A stretch of DNA of 64,000 nucleotides from an uncultured Acidobacteriota bacterium (lineage in GTDB: Bacteria > Acidobacteriota > Polarisedimenticolia > Polarisedimenticolales > DASRJG01), in NCBI GenBank assembly GCA_964511835.1, contig CAZEII010000007.1, forward strand, positions 54,089 through 118,088, read 5' to 3'. The notes beneath the pieces were generated by a model. It saw only the letters and a list, made by a program, of their open reading frames with translations. It was not told where the DNA came from and made no database searches. The first letter of the stretch is position 1. Each line of letters opens with the position of its first letter. The position numbers and the translations under genes are program-made. Below are positions 27,852 to 36,222 of this stretch, piece after piece.

Positions 27852-29402
27852 TCAGTTGTAATGCTTCGACCCGCTCCAAGCGCCGGCCAGCGGCACCTTG
27901 AGATCTCGCGCGACCCAGATTGTGAGGTCGCTCTCGTACGGCATGCAGTCCGCGCAGCGAAACGAGCCGCCGGGCTCGACGCTCTTGAAGTTTCGGATGT
28001 GATCGGCGCGGTCGCCGCCGATGATCAGCACGACGGCACCCGTACACGAGCCCGGTCCCCAGAGCCAGTAGCTGTTGTGCCCCGACATGGCGCGCGGGAG
28101 GCCCAGAGCGGGCCCGAAATAATCGATGGCGCCCGCTTCGCCGTAGTTCTGACCGTAGATGCAAGCTTTGGCTCGCTCGTCCGGCGCCAGCTCGGCATAG
28201 ACGGTCGCCACGCTTCGCGTCATCTCCTCCCAGCCGTGCATGTCGGCGAAGAATTGCGGCAATCGTCCGAGCCGGTGGTTTTCGTCCGAGCCGGGGGCGA
28301 CGCCGAGCGCCGCGGCGTAACGGACGAAGCGATCCTCGGAGAGCAGCGGCTTGATCACGGGCGCGACGATCAGGATCGACGCCGCCGCGATGAGCGCGAC
28401 CGCGCGCGCAGGGCGCCGGAATCGTCCCGCGGTCCACGCTTCGAGCGCGACGCCTGCGGCGGGGAACAGCAGCGTCAGACCCGGAGCGAAGTAGTACGCC
28501 TTCGAGACCGATGCGGCGAAGAGGACGAGCACGACGAGAGCCGCCCAACCGAGCGCGCGGAACGGCCGCGCGGCGCGCGCGAAGAGGAGCCATCCCATGC
28601 CGGCTAGAGCGAACGTAAATCCGACCGGTCCCCCCATCTGAAACTGCCGTGCCACGAATCCGACGGGCCCGAGCACGGTGATCTTGTGCCGCTGTGCGTT
28701 GGCGACGAACTCCCTGGTCGGCCAGCCGTGGGCCACCTGCCAGAGGATGTGGGGCGCGAAGAGCAGGGCGGCGACCGCGCCCCCGATCCAGATCCAGCGC
28801 TCGCGGAGGATGTCGAAGCGCCGCGAGATCACGATGCCGAGCCCCAGCCCGGCGCCGAGCATGACGACGTCGACCTTGTTCTCGAGGCCGATTCCGGCCA
28901 GCGCGCCGAACGCGACCCAGAGGCGAGGGCTGCCTCCGGCCAGAGCCGCCGACGCGATGCGCGCGAGCCCCGCCCAGATCAGGACGTCGAACGCGTTCAT
29001 CGAGTAGATCGAAAAGAGGCTGAGATAGATCGGCGCGACAGCCGCGAGCAACTGCGCCATCAAGCCGGCCCACCGGCCCCCTCCCATCGTGCGCGCGGTG
29101 TCGCCGACGAGAAGCACGGTTCCGGTGAGAGCGAGCGCCGAAACGATACGGAGCACGATCCACGAATCGCCCGCGACGTGACGCGCGGCCCAGGCGATCA
29201 GCGCGACGAGAGGTGGATGGTCGACGTAGCCCCAGTCCAAGTGCTTTCCGCAAGCAATGTAATAGAGCTCATCGCGGAAGATGCCGTACCCACGGGCCGT
29301 TGCCCCGAAGAGCAGGAGCGCGGTCAGCGGAATCGCCCACCGGCCCCAGCCCTCGAAGCGATTCTCGCGTTGACCGGAACGGGCCATCGGCGTACCTCGC
29401 AT
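27852..29402 (-). CDS. glycosyltransferase family 39 (ArnT/PMT-like) membrane protein
   Basis: FRDELYYIACGKHLDWGYVDHPPL and a polytopic membrane profile over 516 aa. Confidence 0.8.
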   Translation of the reverse strand: MRGTPMARSGQRENRFEGWGRWAIPLTALLLFGATARGYGIFRDELYYIACGKHLDWGYVDHPPLVALIAWAARHVAGDSWIVLRIVSALALTGTVLLVGDTARTMGGGRWAGLMAQLLAAVAPIYLSLFSIYSMNAFDVLIWAGLARIASAALAGGSPRLWVAFGALAGIGLENKVDVVMLGAGLGLGIVISRRFDILRERWIWIGGAVAALLFAPHILWQVAHGWPTREFVANAQRHKITVLGPVGFVARQFQMGGPVGFTFALAGMGWLLFARAARPFRALGWAALVVLVLFAASVSKAYYFAPGLTLLFPAAGVALEAWTAGRFRRPARAVALIAAASILIVAPVIKPLLSEDRFVRYAAALGVAPGSDENHRLGRLPQFFADMHGWEEMTRSVATVYAELAPDERAKACIYGQNYGEAGAIDYFGPALGLPRAMSGHNSYWLWGPGSCTGAVVLIIGGDRADHIRNFKSVEPGGSFRCADCMPYESDLTIWVARDLKVPLAGAWSGSKHYN

Positions 29403-29445
29403 GAGGCGGTATCATGCACGACGCGAGTCCCCAGGGAGGTTCCCC

Positions 29446-29871
29446 ATGAAGCGATCCGCGTCTGCAGTGTGGACCGGCGGCCTCAAAGACGGCCGTGGCA
29501 CGGTCTCGACCGAAACCGGCGCGCTGAAGGAAGCGCAATACTCGTTCAGCTCGCGGTTCGAGGCTGGAAAAGGCACGAACCCCGAGGAATTGATCGCCGC
29601 GGCCCATGCCGGCTGCTTTTCGATGGCTCTATCCGGCCAGCTCGGCGCCGCCGGCATGAAGGCGGAGCGGATCAAGACGACCGCGATCGTCTCGATCGAA
29701 AAGCAAGAGAGCGGGTTCGCCATCACAGGAATTCATCTCGACCTGACAGCGAAGATTCCGGGCGCCGATCCGGAGGCGTTCCAGAAAGCTGCGACGGCCG
29801 CCAAGGAGGGGTGCCCGGTCTCGAAGGCCTTGAAGGGTCCGATCACGCTGGACGCCAAGCTGGAGCGCTGA
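29446..29871 (+). CDS. osmC: OsmC family peroxiredoxin
   Basis: MKRSASAVWTGGLKDGRGTVS..., with the two conserved Cys contexts AHAGCFSMAL and AKEGCPVSKAL. Confidence 0.9.
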   Translation: MKRSASAVWTGGLKDGRGTVSTETGALKEAQYSFSSRFEAGKGTNPEELIAAAHAGCFSMALSGQLGAAGMKAERIKTTAIVSIEKQESGFAITGIHLDLTAKIPGADPEAFQKAATAAKEGCPVSKALKGPITLDAKLER

Positions 29872-29900
29872 TTCCGGCTCCGGCGGCAAGGGGGGCGGCC

Positions 29901-30080
29901 ATGACATCGTTCTCCTGCTCGGCTCGATCGCTCGTCGCCGCGGCGGTGGTCCTGTTCCTCGCGTTCGTCGCCGCGGGGAGCTGCGGGGTTCCCGGCAGCT
30001 TCGGCAGTGGGTATCCCGAGCAATTCCCGGCCGAATCTCGCGATTGGGGAATCACGCGATCGAATCATTCGTGCCCGTGA
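29901..30080 (+). CDS. possible small exported protein (59 aa)
   Basis: Internal ATG of a track shadow ORF: MTSFSCSARSLVAAAVVLFLAFVAAGSCG... has a signal-like N-terminus. There is no other support. Confidence 0.3.
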   Translation: MTSFSCSARSLVAAAVVLFLAFVAAGSCGVPGSFGSGYPEQFPAESRDWGITRSNHSCP

Positions 30081-30113
30081 GCGCAATTCTGCCGAAGGAC
30101 CGACCTCTCTAGG

Positions 30114-30560
30114 ATGGAGATCCGCCGCATCACGGCCGCGGCAGCGCGCGACGTGCGCCACCCGGTTCTTCGCGCAGGCTTGCCGTTCGAGACGGCGATC
30201 CTTCCGCACGACGACGATCCCGAGACGCTCCACCTCGGGGCGTACGAGGACGGCCGTTTGGTCGGCGTCGCCACCTACTTTCCAGAGATGTATCCGGACC
30301 GGCCGGGTCTTGCGGCTTGGCGGCTTCGAGGCATGGCGACGCTGCCCGAGATGCGGGGGCGCGGCGCCGGATGCATGTTGCTCGAAGAAGGGATGCGCGC
30401 GGCGATCGACGCTGGCGCCGTCGTGATGTGGTTTCACGCGAGGACGACCGCGCGCGGCTTCTACGAGAAGCTCGGGTTCGTCTCCGTCGGCGACGAGTTC
30501 TTCGTCCCGATGACGGGCCCGCACTACGTCATGTTCAAACAGCTCGCGGGGAACGCGTGA
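30114..30560 (+). CDS. GNAT family N-acetyltransferase
   Basis: LRGMATLPEMRGRGAGCMLLEEG...ARGFYEKLGF (acetyl-CoA-binding Q/RxxGxG/A motif). Confidence 0.85.
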   Translation: MEIRRITAAAARDVRHPVLRAGLPFETAILPHDDDPETLHLGAYEDGRLVGVATYFPEMYPDRPGLAAWRLRGMATLPEMRGRGAGCMLLEEGMRAAIDAGAVVMWFHARTTARGFYEKLGFVSVGDEFFVPMTGPHYVMFKQLAGNA

Positions 30561-31066
30561 GCGCGCAGGCGCAACCCCTTGCGAGGCGGCCGGTCGACAT
30601 AGTCTTCATCGGCTTCTGGGCGATCAATTTCTGTTTCATCACGTACATGATCGACCTCGAGCAGCTCGTCATCCCCGATCCGGCGCACTTCGTGTACCCG
30701 GTGTGGCCGCCGCGCTTCGCGGTCGACGCGATCCACTGGTGGGCGCGTGGGTTCGATCCCGTCGTATGGGCGCGCGAGCCCTGGTATCGAGCGACGATCT
30801 GGATCGACTCGCTCATATTCGGCCCGTTCTACCTCGCCGCGATCTACGCGTTCTGGAAGGGGCGGAGCTGGATCCGCATCCCCTGCATCGTCTGGGCGGG
30901 GATGATGCTCGCGATCGTTATGATCATTCTGTTCGAGGAGCTGTGGGGGAAGAGCCCGACGACGGCGCCGGTCGCGGTGGTCGCCGCCAACCTTCCCTGG
31001 CTCCTCTTTCCGCTCGCGGCGGTCGTTCGGATGGGCCGCGGGGGTCCCTTCGGGGACGGGAGTTAG
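30557..31066 (+). CDS. EXPERA-domain-like membrane protein (TMEM97 / sigma-2 receptor / EBP-like)
   Basis: GTG start overlapping the GNAT stop (GTGA). Four TM helices. The segment FGPFYLAAIYAFWKGRSWIRIPCIVWAG resembles, from memory, the TMEM97 segment around YAFLKG..WIR.PAI. This needs HMM confirmation. Confidence 0.6.
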   Translation: MSAQAQPLARRPVDIVFIGFWAINFCFITYMIDLEQLVIPDPAHFVYPVWPPRFAVDAIHWWARGFDPVVWAREPWYRATIWIDSLIFGPFYLAAIYAFWKGRSWIRIPCIVWAGMMLAIVMIILFEELWGKSPTTAPVAVVAANLPWLLFPLAAVVRMGRGGPFGDGS

Positions 31067-31144
31067 CCAGGCAGACCGGCATCACGTGATGAGATCCGTC
31101 GACCATGCTTTCAAGATGCTGCACAAGTGACGTAGGCTTCACGC

Positions 31145-31477
31145 ATGAAGCCGCTCCTTCCGACCGAAGTCTTCGTTCGCCGATTGATCGCGAGCGTCGC
31201 GGCAGGGTGCGGCCTCGTGGCCGCATCGCTCGCGGTGGGGATGGTCGGCTATCACGGATTCGAGGGGCTGCCGTGGATCGACTCCTTCGTCAATGCTTCG
31301 ATGCTCCTGTCCGGCATGGGCCCGCTGTTCCAGCCGGTGACGATCGGCGGCAAGCTGTTCGCCGGGATCTACGCGCTCTACAGCGGCCTGGCGGTGCTGG
31401 TGATCGCGGGCGTCATGTTCGCTCCGGTCATCCACCGCTTCCTTCACCGATTCCATCTCGAAGCCGACGAGGACTGA
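31145..31477 (+). CDS. small membrane protein (110 aa), pore-loop-like, hypothetical
   Basis: Two TM helices flank WIDSFVNASMLLSGMG, a position analogous to a channel pore loop but without a K+ filter. Confidence 0.5.
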   Translation: MKPLLPTEVFVRRLIASVAAGCGLVAASLAVGMVGYHGFEGLPWIDSFVNASMLLSGMGPLFQPVTIGGKLFAGIYALYSGLAVLVIAGVMFAPVIHRFLHRFHLEADED

Positions 31478-31478
31478 T

Positions 31479-32258
31479 GTGCGGATGACGCTCTCTCTCA
31501 CGCGCTTCGCGACGGCGATCGCTCTCCTCGCACTCGCTCCCTCGGTGGCGTCGGCCGATTTCGCGGCCGCGACGAAGGCGTTCGGAAGGCTGCTCTCGAC
31601 GTACGTCACCCCCCGAGGGGTCAAGTACGACGCCTGGCGCGCCTCGGGCGTGGACCTGAAGACGATCTCGGAGGTCGTCTCGCTCTACCGCAACACCGAC
31701 ACCAGACCCTTGTCCCCCAACGAGAAGAAAGCTCTCTACATCAATCTGTACAACGCGAAGGTCTTGGAGCTCGTCCTTCTCTCGCATCCCCGAAACTCGA
31801 TCACGGAGTTGTCGAAGGGACCACGAGCTTTCGAGATCTTCAGCCGGGACGCGTTCGCGTTCGACGGAAAGACCCTGAGCTTGAACGATCTCGAGAAGAA
31901 GCTGCGGGACGAGTTCAAGGACCCGCGCACCCATTTCGCGGTCAATTGCGCGTCCAAATCCTGCCCACCGATCCGAGCGGAACCCTACGCCGCCGAGACG
32001 CTCGACGTCCAGCTCGACGATGCGACCCGCTCGTACCTCGCTCGTCCCGGATCGGTCGAGGTGACCACGGAAGGCGGCCGGGCGAAGATCACGACGGTGA
32101 AGATCTTCGATTGGTACGCCGACGACTTCAAAGTTACCGGCGGCGCGCTCGGATTCCTCGTGAAGTACGGGCCTCAGGCCGCCGTCGACGCGATCGCCGC
32201 CGGCAAGACGAAGCTCGACTTCGCCGAATACGATTGGAGCCTGAACGCGGCGAAGTGA
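31479..32258 (+). CDS. DUF547 domain protein, secreted
   Basis: Signal peptide, YINLYNAKVLELVL and HFAVNCASKSCPPIR, which are typical of DUF547. Confidence 0.8.
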   Translation: MRMTLSLTRFATAIALLALAPSVASADFAAATKAFGRLLSTYVTPRGVKYDAWRASGVDLKTISEVVSLYRNTDTRPLSPNEKKALYINLYNAKVLELVLLSHPRNSITELSKGPRAFEIFSRDAFAFDGKTLSLNDLEKKLRDEFKDPRTHFAVNCASKSCPPIRAEPYAAETLDVQLDDATRSYLARPGSVEVTTEGGRAKITTVKIFDWYADDFKVTGGALGFLVKYGPQAAVDAIAAGKTKLDFAEYDWSLNAAK

Positions 32259-32265
32259 CGGAGCC

Positions 32266-33057
32266 GTGCCCACCTACCGCCTCGATCTCGAGTACGAAGG
32301 AAGCCGCTACCGCGGCTGGCAGGAGCAGCAAAACGCCCGCTCGATCGCCGGCGAGCTGAAGCGTGCCGTCGCCGAGGCGGGAGGCGAGATCGTCGACCTC
32401 GGCGGTGCCGGCCGCACCGACGCCGGCGTTCACGCGCTGCACCAAGTCGCTCACCTCAGGCTGCGCGAGTCGGTCGACCCGCGACGCTTCCGCCTGGCGG
32501 TCAACGACGCGCTTCCCCACGACATCCACCTCCTGGCGATGAAGCAGGCGCCGGACCGGTTTCACGCACGTCACGACGCGGTGCTTCGCTCGTATCTCTA
32601 CCAAGTCTCGCGCCGACGCACAGCCTTGGCGAAGCGGAGCGTCTGGTGGATCAAGCGCCCTCTCGATGCCGCCTCGATGGAGCGGGTTGCCGGCAAGGTG
32701 CCCGGGATGCACGATTTCAGCAGCTTCTGCGAACGCCCTCAGGATCAAGAATCCACCCGTGTTCTCGTCGAGCGCGCGGAGATCGCGACGGACGGCGCCT
32801 TGATCCTGGTGCGCATCGCGGCGTCGCACTTCCTGTGGAAGATGGTCCGGCGCCTCGTCGGGGCACTGGTCAAGGTCGGCGCGGGAGAGCTTGCGGAGCG
32901 GGACTTCGAGGCGCTGCTTCGGGGTCCGGTGAAGGGCCTTTCGACCGCCGCGTGGACCGCGCCCTCCGCGGGCCTCTACCTCGAGCGCGTGATGTACGCG
33001 GGCGAACCGCCGCTTTCAGCGATCAAGGCGGTGGTGCCGGTGTCGAAGGAGCCGTAG
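32266..33057 (+). CDS. truA: tRNA pseudouridine(38-40) synthase
   Basis: YRLDLEYEGSRYRGWQEQ and GAGRTDAGVHA (catalytic Asp). Confidence 0.9.
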   Translation: MPTYRLDLEYEGSRYRGWQEQQNARSIAGELKRAVAEAGGEIVDLGGAGRTDAGVHALHQVAHLRLRESVDPRRFRLAVNDALPHDIHLLAMKQAPDRFHARHDAVLRSYLYQVSRRRTALAKRSVWWIKRPLDAASMERVAGKVPGMHDFSSFCERPQDQESTRVLVERAEIATDGALILVRIAASHFLWKMVRRLVGALVKVGAGELAERDFEALLRGPVKGLSTAAWTAPSAGLYLERVMYAGEPPLSAIKAVVPVSKEP

Positions 33058-33625
33058 AGCGGATCGCCGGGGCGAGCACGCTCAGGATTCCCCAGTCGCA
33101 CGCTGCATGGGCGCACATCGCACACTGGAGCCCCATGGACTGGTAGAGGCGGCCGAGTAAGAACCCGGCCGTCGCGGTTGTCGCCAGATAGGCGAGCTTC
33201 CGCGCGGAAACGCCCTCGTTGAGATGAGCGGTCCCACCGTGCGCCGCCGCGAACAAGAGCGACGTGAGCCAGATTCCGATCCACGGTTGGAGCGCGCCGC
33301 GGAACAACAGCTCCTCGGAGAATCCTGCGAGGAGGGAGGCGGCAACGATGGACCACCACGCCCGAACGATGGGCCTCAGCGGTGCGACGCCGTGAATCAC
33401 CGATCCACGTGCTGGCGATCGCAGCACGGCGAATCCGGCCAGCGATCCGACGAGCGCGCCGAGCGGCAATCCCGAGAGAGCCTGGCCGGGCGTCGATCGA
33501 ACGAACGCGACTTGATCGCCGGTGTGACGCGCGAAAATGACCACAGCCGCGAGGGCGACCAACGCGCCTTCGACGACGGCCAGATGCCTGAGCTCGAGCT
33601 CGGCCGAAGCGCCTCGATCGCCCAT
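33023..33625 (-). CDS. CPBP family intramembrane glutamic endopeptidase (CAAX protease-like)
   Basis: FSEELLFRGALQPW and LLFAAAHG motifs. The 3' end overlaps the truA 3' end by 35 nt. Confidence 0.8.
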   Translation of the reverse strand: MGDRGASAELELRHLAVVEGALVALAAVVIFARHTGDQVAFVRSTPGQALSGLPLGALVGSLAGFAVLRSPARGSVIHGVAPLRPIVRAWWSIVAASLLAGFSEELLFRGALQPWIGIWLTSLLFAAAHGGTAHLNEGVSARKLAYLATTATAGFLLGRLYQSMGLQCAMCAHAACDWGILSVLAPAIRSTAPSTPAPPP

Positions 33626-33854
33626 CAGGGTTTTTCCAAGCTCTCCGGCGAGCCCTCCATGGAGTCATCGTCCGAGGGTCGCTTCTCCGCATCGTCCTCA
33701 CGCTTGGCGGGGGCCGGAGCTCGAGACGGAGTCGGAGCTGGTGGAGAGGGCTGTCGCCCGGGATGCCAACCCTTGCGGAGGGGAGGCATCCTCGGCGGCT
33801 GGCGCGGCGAGTGTTTTTCGGTGAGATCGACACGCTCGAGCTTCCCTGGGCCGC

Positions 33855-34940
33855 TCAATCCCATGGCTCCTTCGCCTCGTCCTCGGCCGGTTTCCACTTC
33901 ACCCGGTACACGGCCGCAGGTCTGAGCTGGCCCTCGATCGCGCCTTGCACCTCGCTCGCCGTCGGGCGGACGCCGGCGCGTCGCGGGATCGCGAGAAAAG
34001 CCTCCAGATCGAACGGCTTCCCGCTTTTGGCGACGTCGTCGCGCCACAAGGCGAGCGCGGGATCCGGCGAGAACCAGCGTCCTTCCAGCCGCTCGAACGC
34101 CGACCAGAGCGAGAAGACGGGGACCTCGAGGGGTGCTGCCAGCTCCCCGGGGAAACCTTCACGCTCCAGGATCTCGCCCGTGACGGCGATGCGCATCGGG
34201 GCGGGGAAGGGGTCGTAGACGAGGCGCGAGATCTCGTCGAGCGTGTAGGGCTCGCCGGGCGCCGGATCGAGAACGGCGCCGACAGCGCTGATCGCGTCGC
34301 TGACGGCATCGATGAGTCCGTCTTCCTCGCCGCTCGGCGGGTCCCCTTCCGTTTTGACGTCGACGATGGCGCCGATGCAGGAGCGCGCGCGGTCGGGGTG
34401 CGAGGCGAGGTAGTCGTAGAGCTTGCTCGTCGCGGCGGCGTAGGCGGCGATCTTCGCGCTGAACGTCCCGAGCTCGGCGTCCATCTTCTGACGCTGGGCC
34501 GCCGTGGCGCGCATCGCGCGTGATGGGGCGAGGGTCAGCTCCCCCCAATCCTTTCCGTCGGCGTAGGTGACCCCGACGCCGATGTCGCGGAAGAACTCAC
34601 GCAAGTCGGCGGGAGTCCCGAGGAGTGCGCGGCGCCGGACGCGCCGCAGGTTGCCGCGATCGCGGTCGACGATGTCCTGCTGGCGTTCTGGGTCGACGGC
34701 GCGCAGGCGCGCGCTCCAAGCATCGCTGCCCGATTCGAGGGCTCTCGCCTCCGATTCGAGGCGCTGCTGGACGCGCGGGGCTTTGTCGTAATCCGTGGGA
34801 TCGCGGAGCACCGTCCCGATCGAAATCATCGACGCACCGCCGCGCAGGATTCGAATCTCGAGCGATTCGGATACGGGGGGCTCGAGGCAGCCCGCCAGCG
34901 GTAGCGCGACCAAGACCACGGCCCAACGGCGAGCGTCCAT
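33855..34940 (-). CDS. lipoprotein, hypothetical (361 aa)
   Basis: Internal ATG: MDARRWAVVLVALPLAGCLEPP (lipobox LAGC). I recognise no family. Confidence 0.6.
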   Translation of the reverse strand: MDARRWAVVLVALPLAGCLEPPVSESLEIRILRGGASMISIGTVLRDPTDYDKAPRVQQRLESEARALESGSDAWSARLRAVDPERQQDIVDRDRGNLRRVRRRALLGTPADLREFFRDIGVGVTYADGKDWGELTLAPSRAMRATAAQRQKMDAELGTFSAKIAAYAAATSKLYDYLASHPDRARSCIGAIVDVKTEGDPPSGEEDGLIDAVSDAISAVGAVLDPAPGEPYTLDEISRLVYDPFPAPMRIAVTGEILEREGFPGELAAPLEVPVFSLWSAFERLEGRWFSPDPALALWRDDVAKSGKPFDLEAFLAIPRRAGVRPTASEVQGAIEGQLRPAAVYRVKWKPAEDEAKEPWD

Positions 34941-34992
34941 GGCGGCCTCCGGTGGTTCCTCTCCTACGAGAGTACACGGGCATTGCATTCTT

Positions 34993-35017
34993 TGAAGAAA
35001 AAGGGGAGTGTCCCCTT
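34993..35017 (+). repeat. solo arm of the REP/REPIN-like family: GAAGAAAAAGGGGAGTGTCCCCTT (hairpin AAGGGGA-GTG-TCCCCTT)
   Basis: It matches the right arm of the full-length copy at 58033..58060 (GCGAAAAAAAGGGGAGTGTCCCCTTTTCC). It ends directly at the GTG start (35018) of the aminotransferase. Confidence 0.65.
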
Positions 35018-36163
35018 GTGCGGGTCCCGAAGGATCTGAGACCGACGGCGTGGGCGCGGGCCCGTGCGGCGCGCGGGGAGGTGCCGTACGACCTGACCGT
35101 GAGCAATCCGACGATGTGCGGCTTCACGTATCCGCACGGCTTGCTCGACCCTCTCCGCGACCCGTCTGGGCTCCACTACCGGCCGGATCCCAAGGGGTTG
35201 CGCAGCGCGAGAGAGGCCATCGCGCGGGAGTATGGCGCGCGCGGCGTCGATGCCGATCCGGAGCGGATCGTTGTGACCGCGTCGTCGAGCGAGTCGTACT
35301 CGTTCTTGTTCAAGGTGCTGTGCGAGCCGGGCGAGTACGTCCTGGTTCCGACGCCGTCCTACCCGTTGTTCGAGCACTTGGCGGCGCTCGACGGCGTGCG
35401 CGTCTCGCGGTTCGCGCTCGATCCCGCCAACGGCTGGCAACCGGCGTTCCTCGAGATCCGCGCGGTGTCGAGCGCGCGGGCGGCGATCGTCGTCCACCCG
35501 AACAACCCGACGGGCTCTTGGGTCGATCCGGTGTTCGGCGAGCGATTGGTCGAGCGCCCTGGCGCCTTGTCGATCCCCTTGATTGTCGACGAAGTGTTCC
35601 TCGACTACCCGCTTTCAGCGAGCCCTCTGGCCCAGACTTACGCGGCGCGTGAATCGGGGCTGACGTTCACGCTCGGAGGCTTGTCGAAGAGCCGCGGGCT
35701 GCCGCAGCTCAAGTTGTCGTGGATCGTCGCCAGCGGGCCAGACGCCGAGGTGGGACCGATGGTCGACGCGCTGGAATTCGTCGCGGACAGCTACCTCTCG
35801 GTCGGGACGCCGATCTTGGCAGCGCTGCCGGAGATCCTCCACCGCGCGGAGCCCGTCCGCGACGCCATCCTCGCGCGATGCACCGAGAATCTGGCCCAGG
35901 CGCGTGCGCTGACGCGCACCTACCCGGGAGTCGAACTCCTCGAGCCCGGCGGTGGCTGGAGCGCCGTCGTGAGGTTCCCGCGCGTCCTCTCAGAGGAGCG
36001 GCTGGCGGTCGAGCTGCTCGAAACCCACGGCGTCGCCGTGCACCCCGGCTATTTCTTCGATTTCGCGGTGGAGGGGTTCTTCGTCGTCAGCTTGCTCCCG
36101 CTTCCCGGCGTTTTCGAGACCGGCCTCAAGCTGGCGCTCGACGCGATTGCCTCGCGTGTGTAG
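35018..36163 (+). CDS. class I/II pyridoxal-phosphate-dependent aminotransferase
   Basis: VRVPKDLRPTAWARARAARGEVPYDLTVSNPT is the N-terminal pattern of the alanine/aspartate aminotransferase-like family. LGGLSKSRGLPQLKLSW carries the PLP Lys. The GTG start was chosen and is uncertain. Confidence 0.8.
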   Translation: MRVPKDLRPTAWARARAARGEVPYDLTVSNPTMCGFTYPHGLLDPLRDPSGLHYRPDPKGLRSAREAIAREYGARGVDADPERIVVTASSSESYSFLFKVLCEPGEYVLVPTPSYPLFEHLAALDGVRVSRFALDPANGWQPAFLEIRAVSSARAAIVVHPNNPTGSWVDPVFGERLVERPGALSIPLIVDEVFLDYPLSASPLAQTYAARESGLTFTLGGLSKSRGLPQLKLSWIVASGPDAEVGPMVDALEFVADSYLSVGTPILAALPEILHRAEPVRDAILARCTENLAQARALTRTYPGVELLEPGGGWSAVVRFPRVLSEERLAVELLETHGVAVHPGYFFDFAVEGFFVVSLLPLPGVFETGLKLALDAIASRV

Positions 36164-36188
36164 CGGGACCAAAGCTTCGTCGTGTGAA

Positions 36189-36222
36189 GTTTTGTAACAA
36201 AAAAGCAGAATGTCCCGGATTT
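36189..36222 (+). repeat. degenerate half-copy of the REP/REPIN-like family: GTTTTGTAACAAAAAAGCAGAATGTCCCGGATTT
   Basis: Near-identical to 56637..56668. It aligns to the right half of copy C (CTTTGCGACGAAAAAGGGGAATGTTCCC). It abuts the stop (36223) of the esterase gene. Confidence 0.55.
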
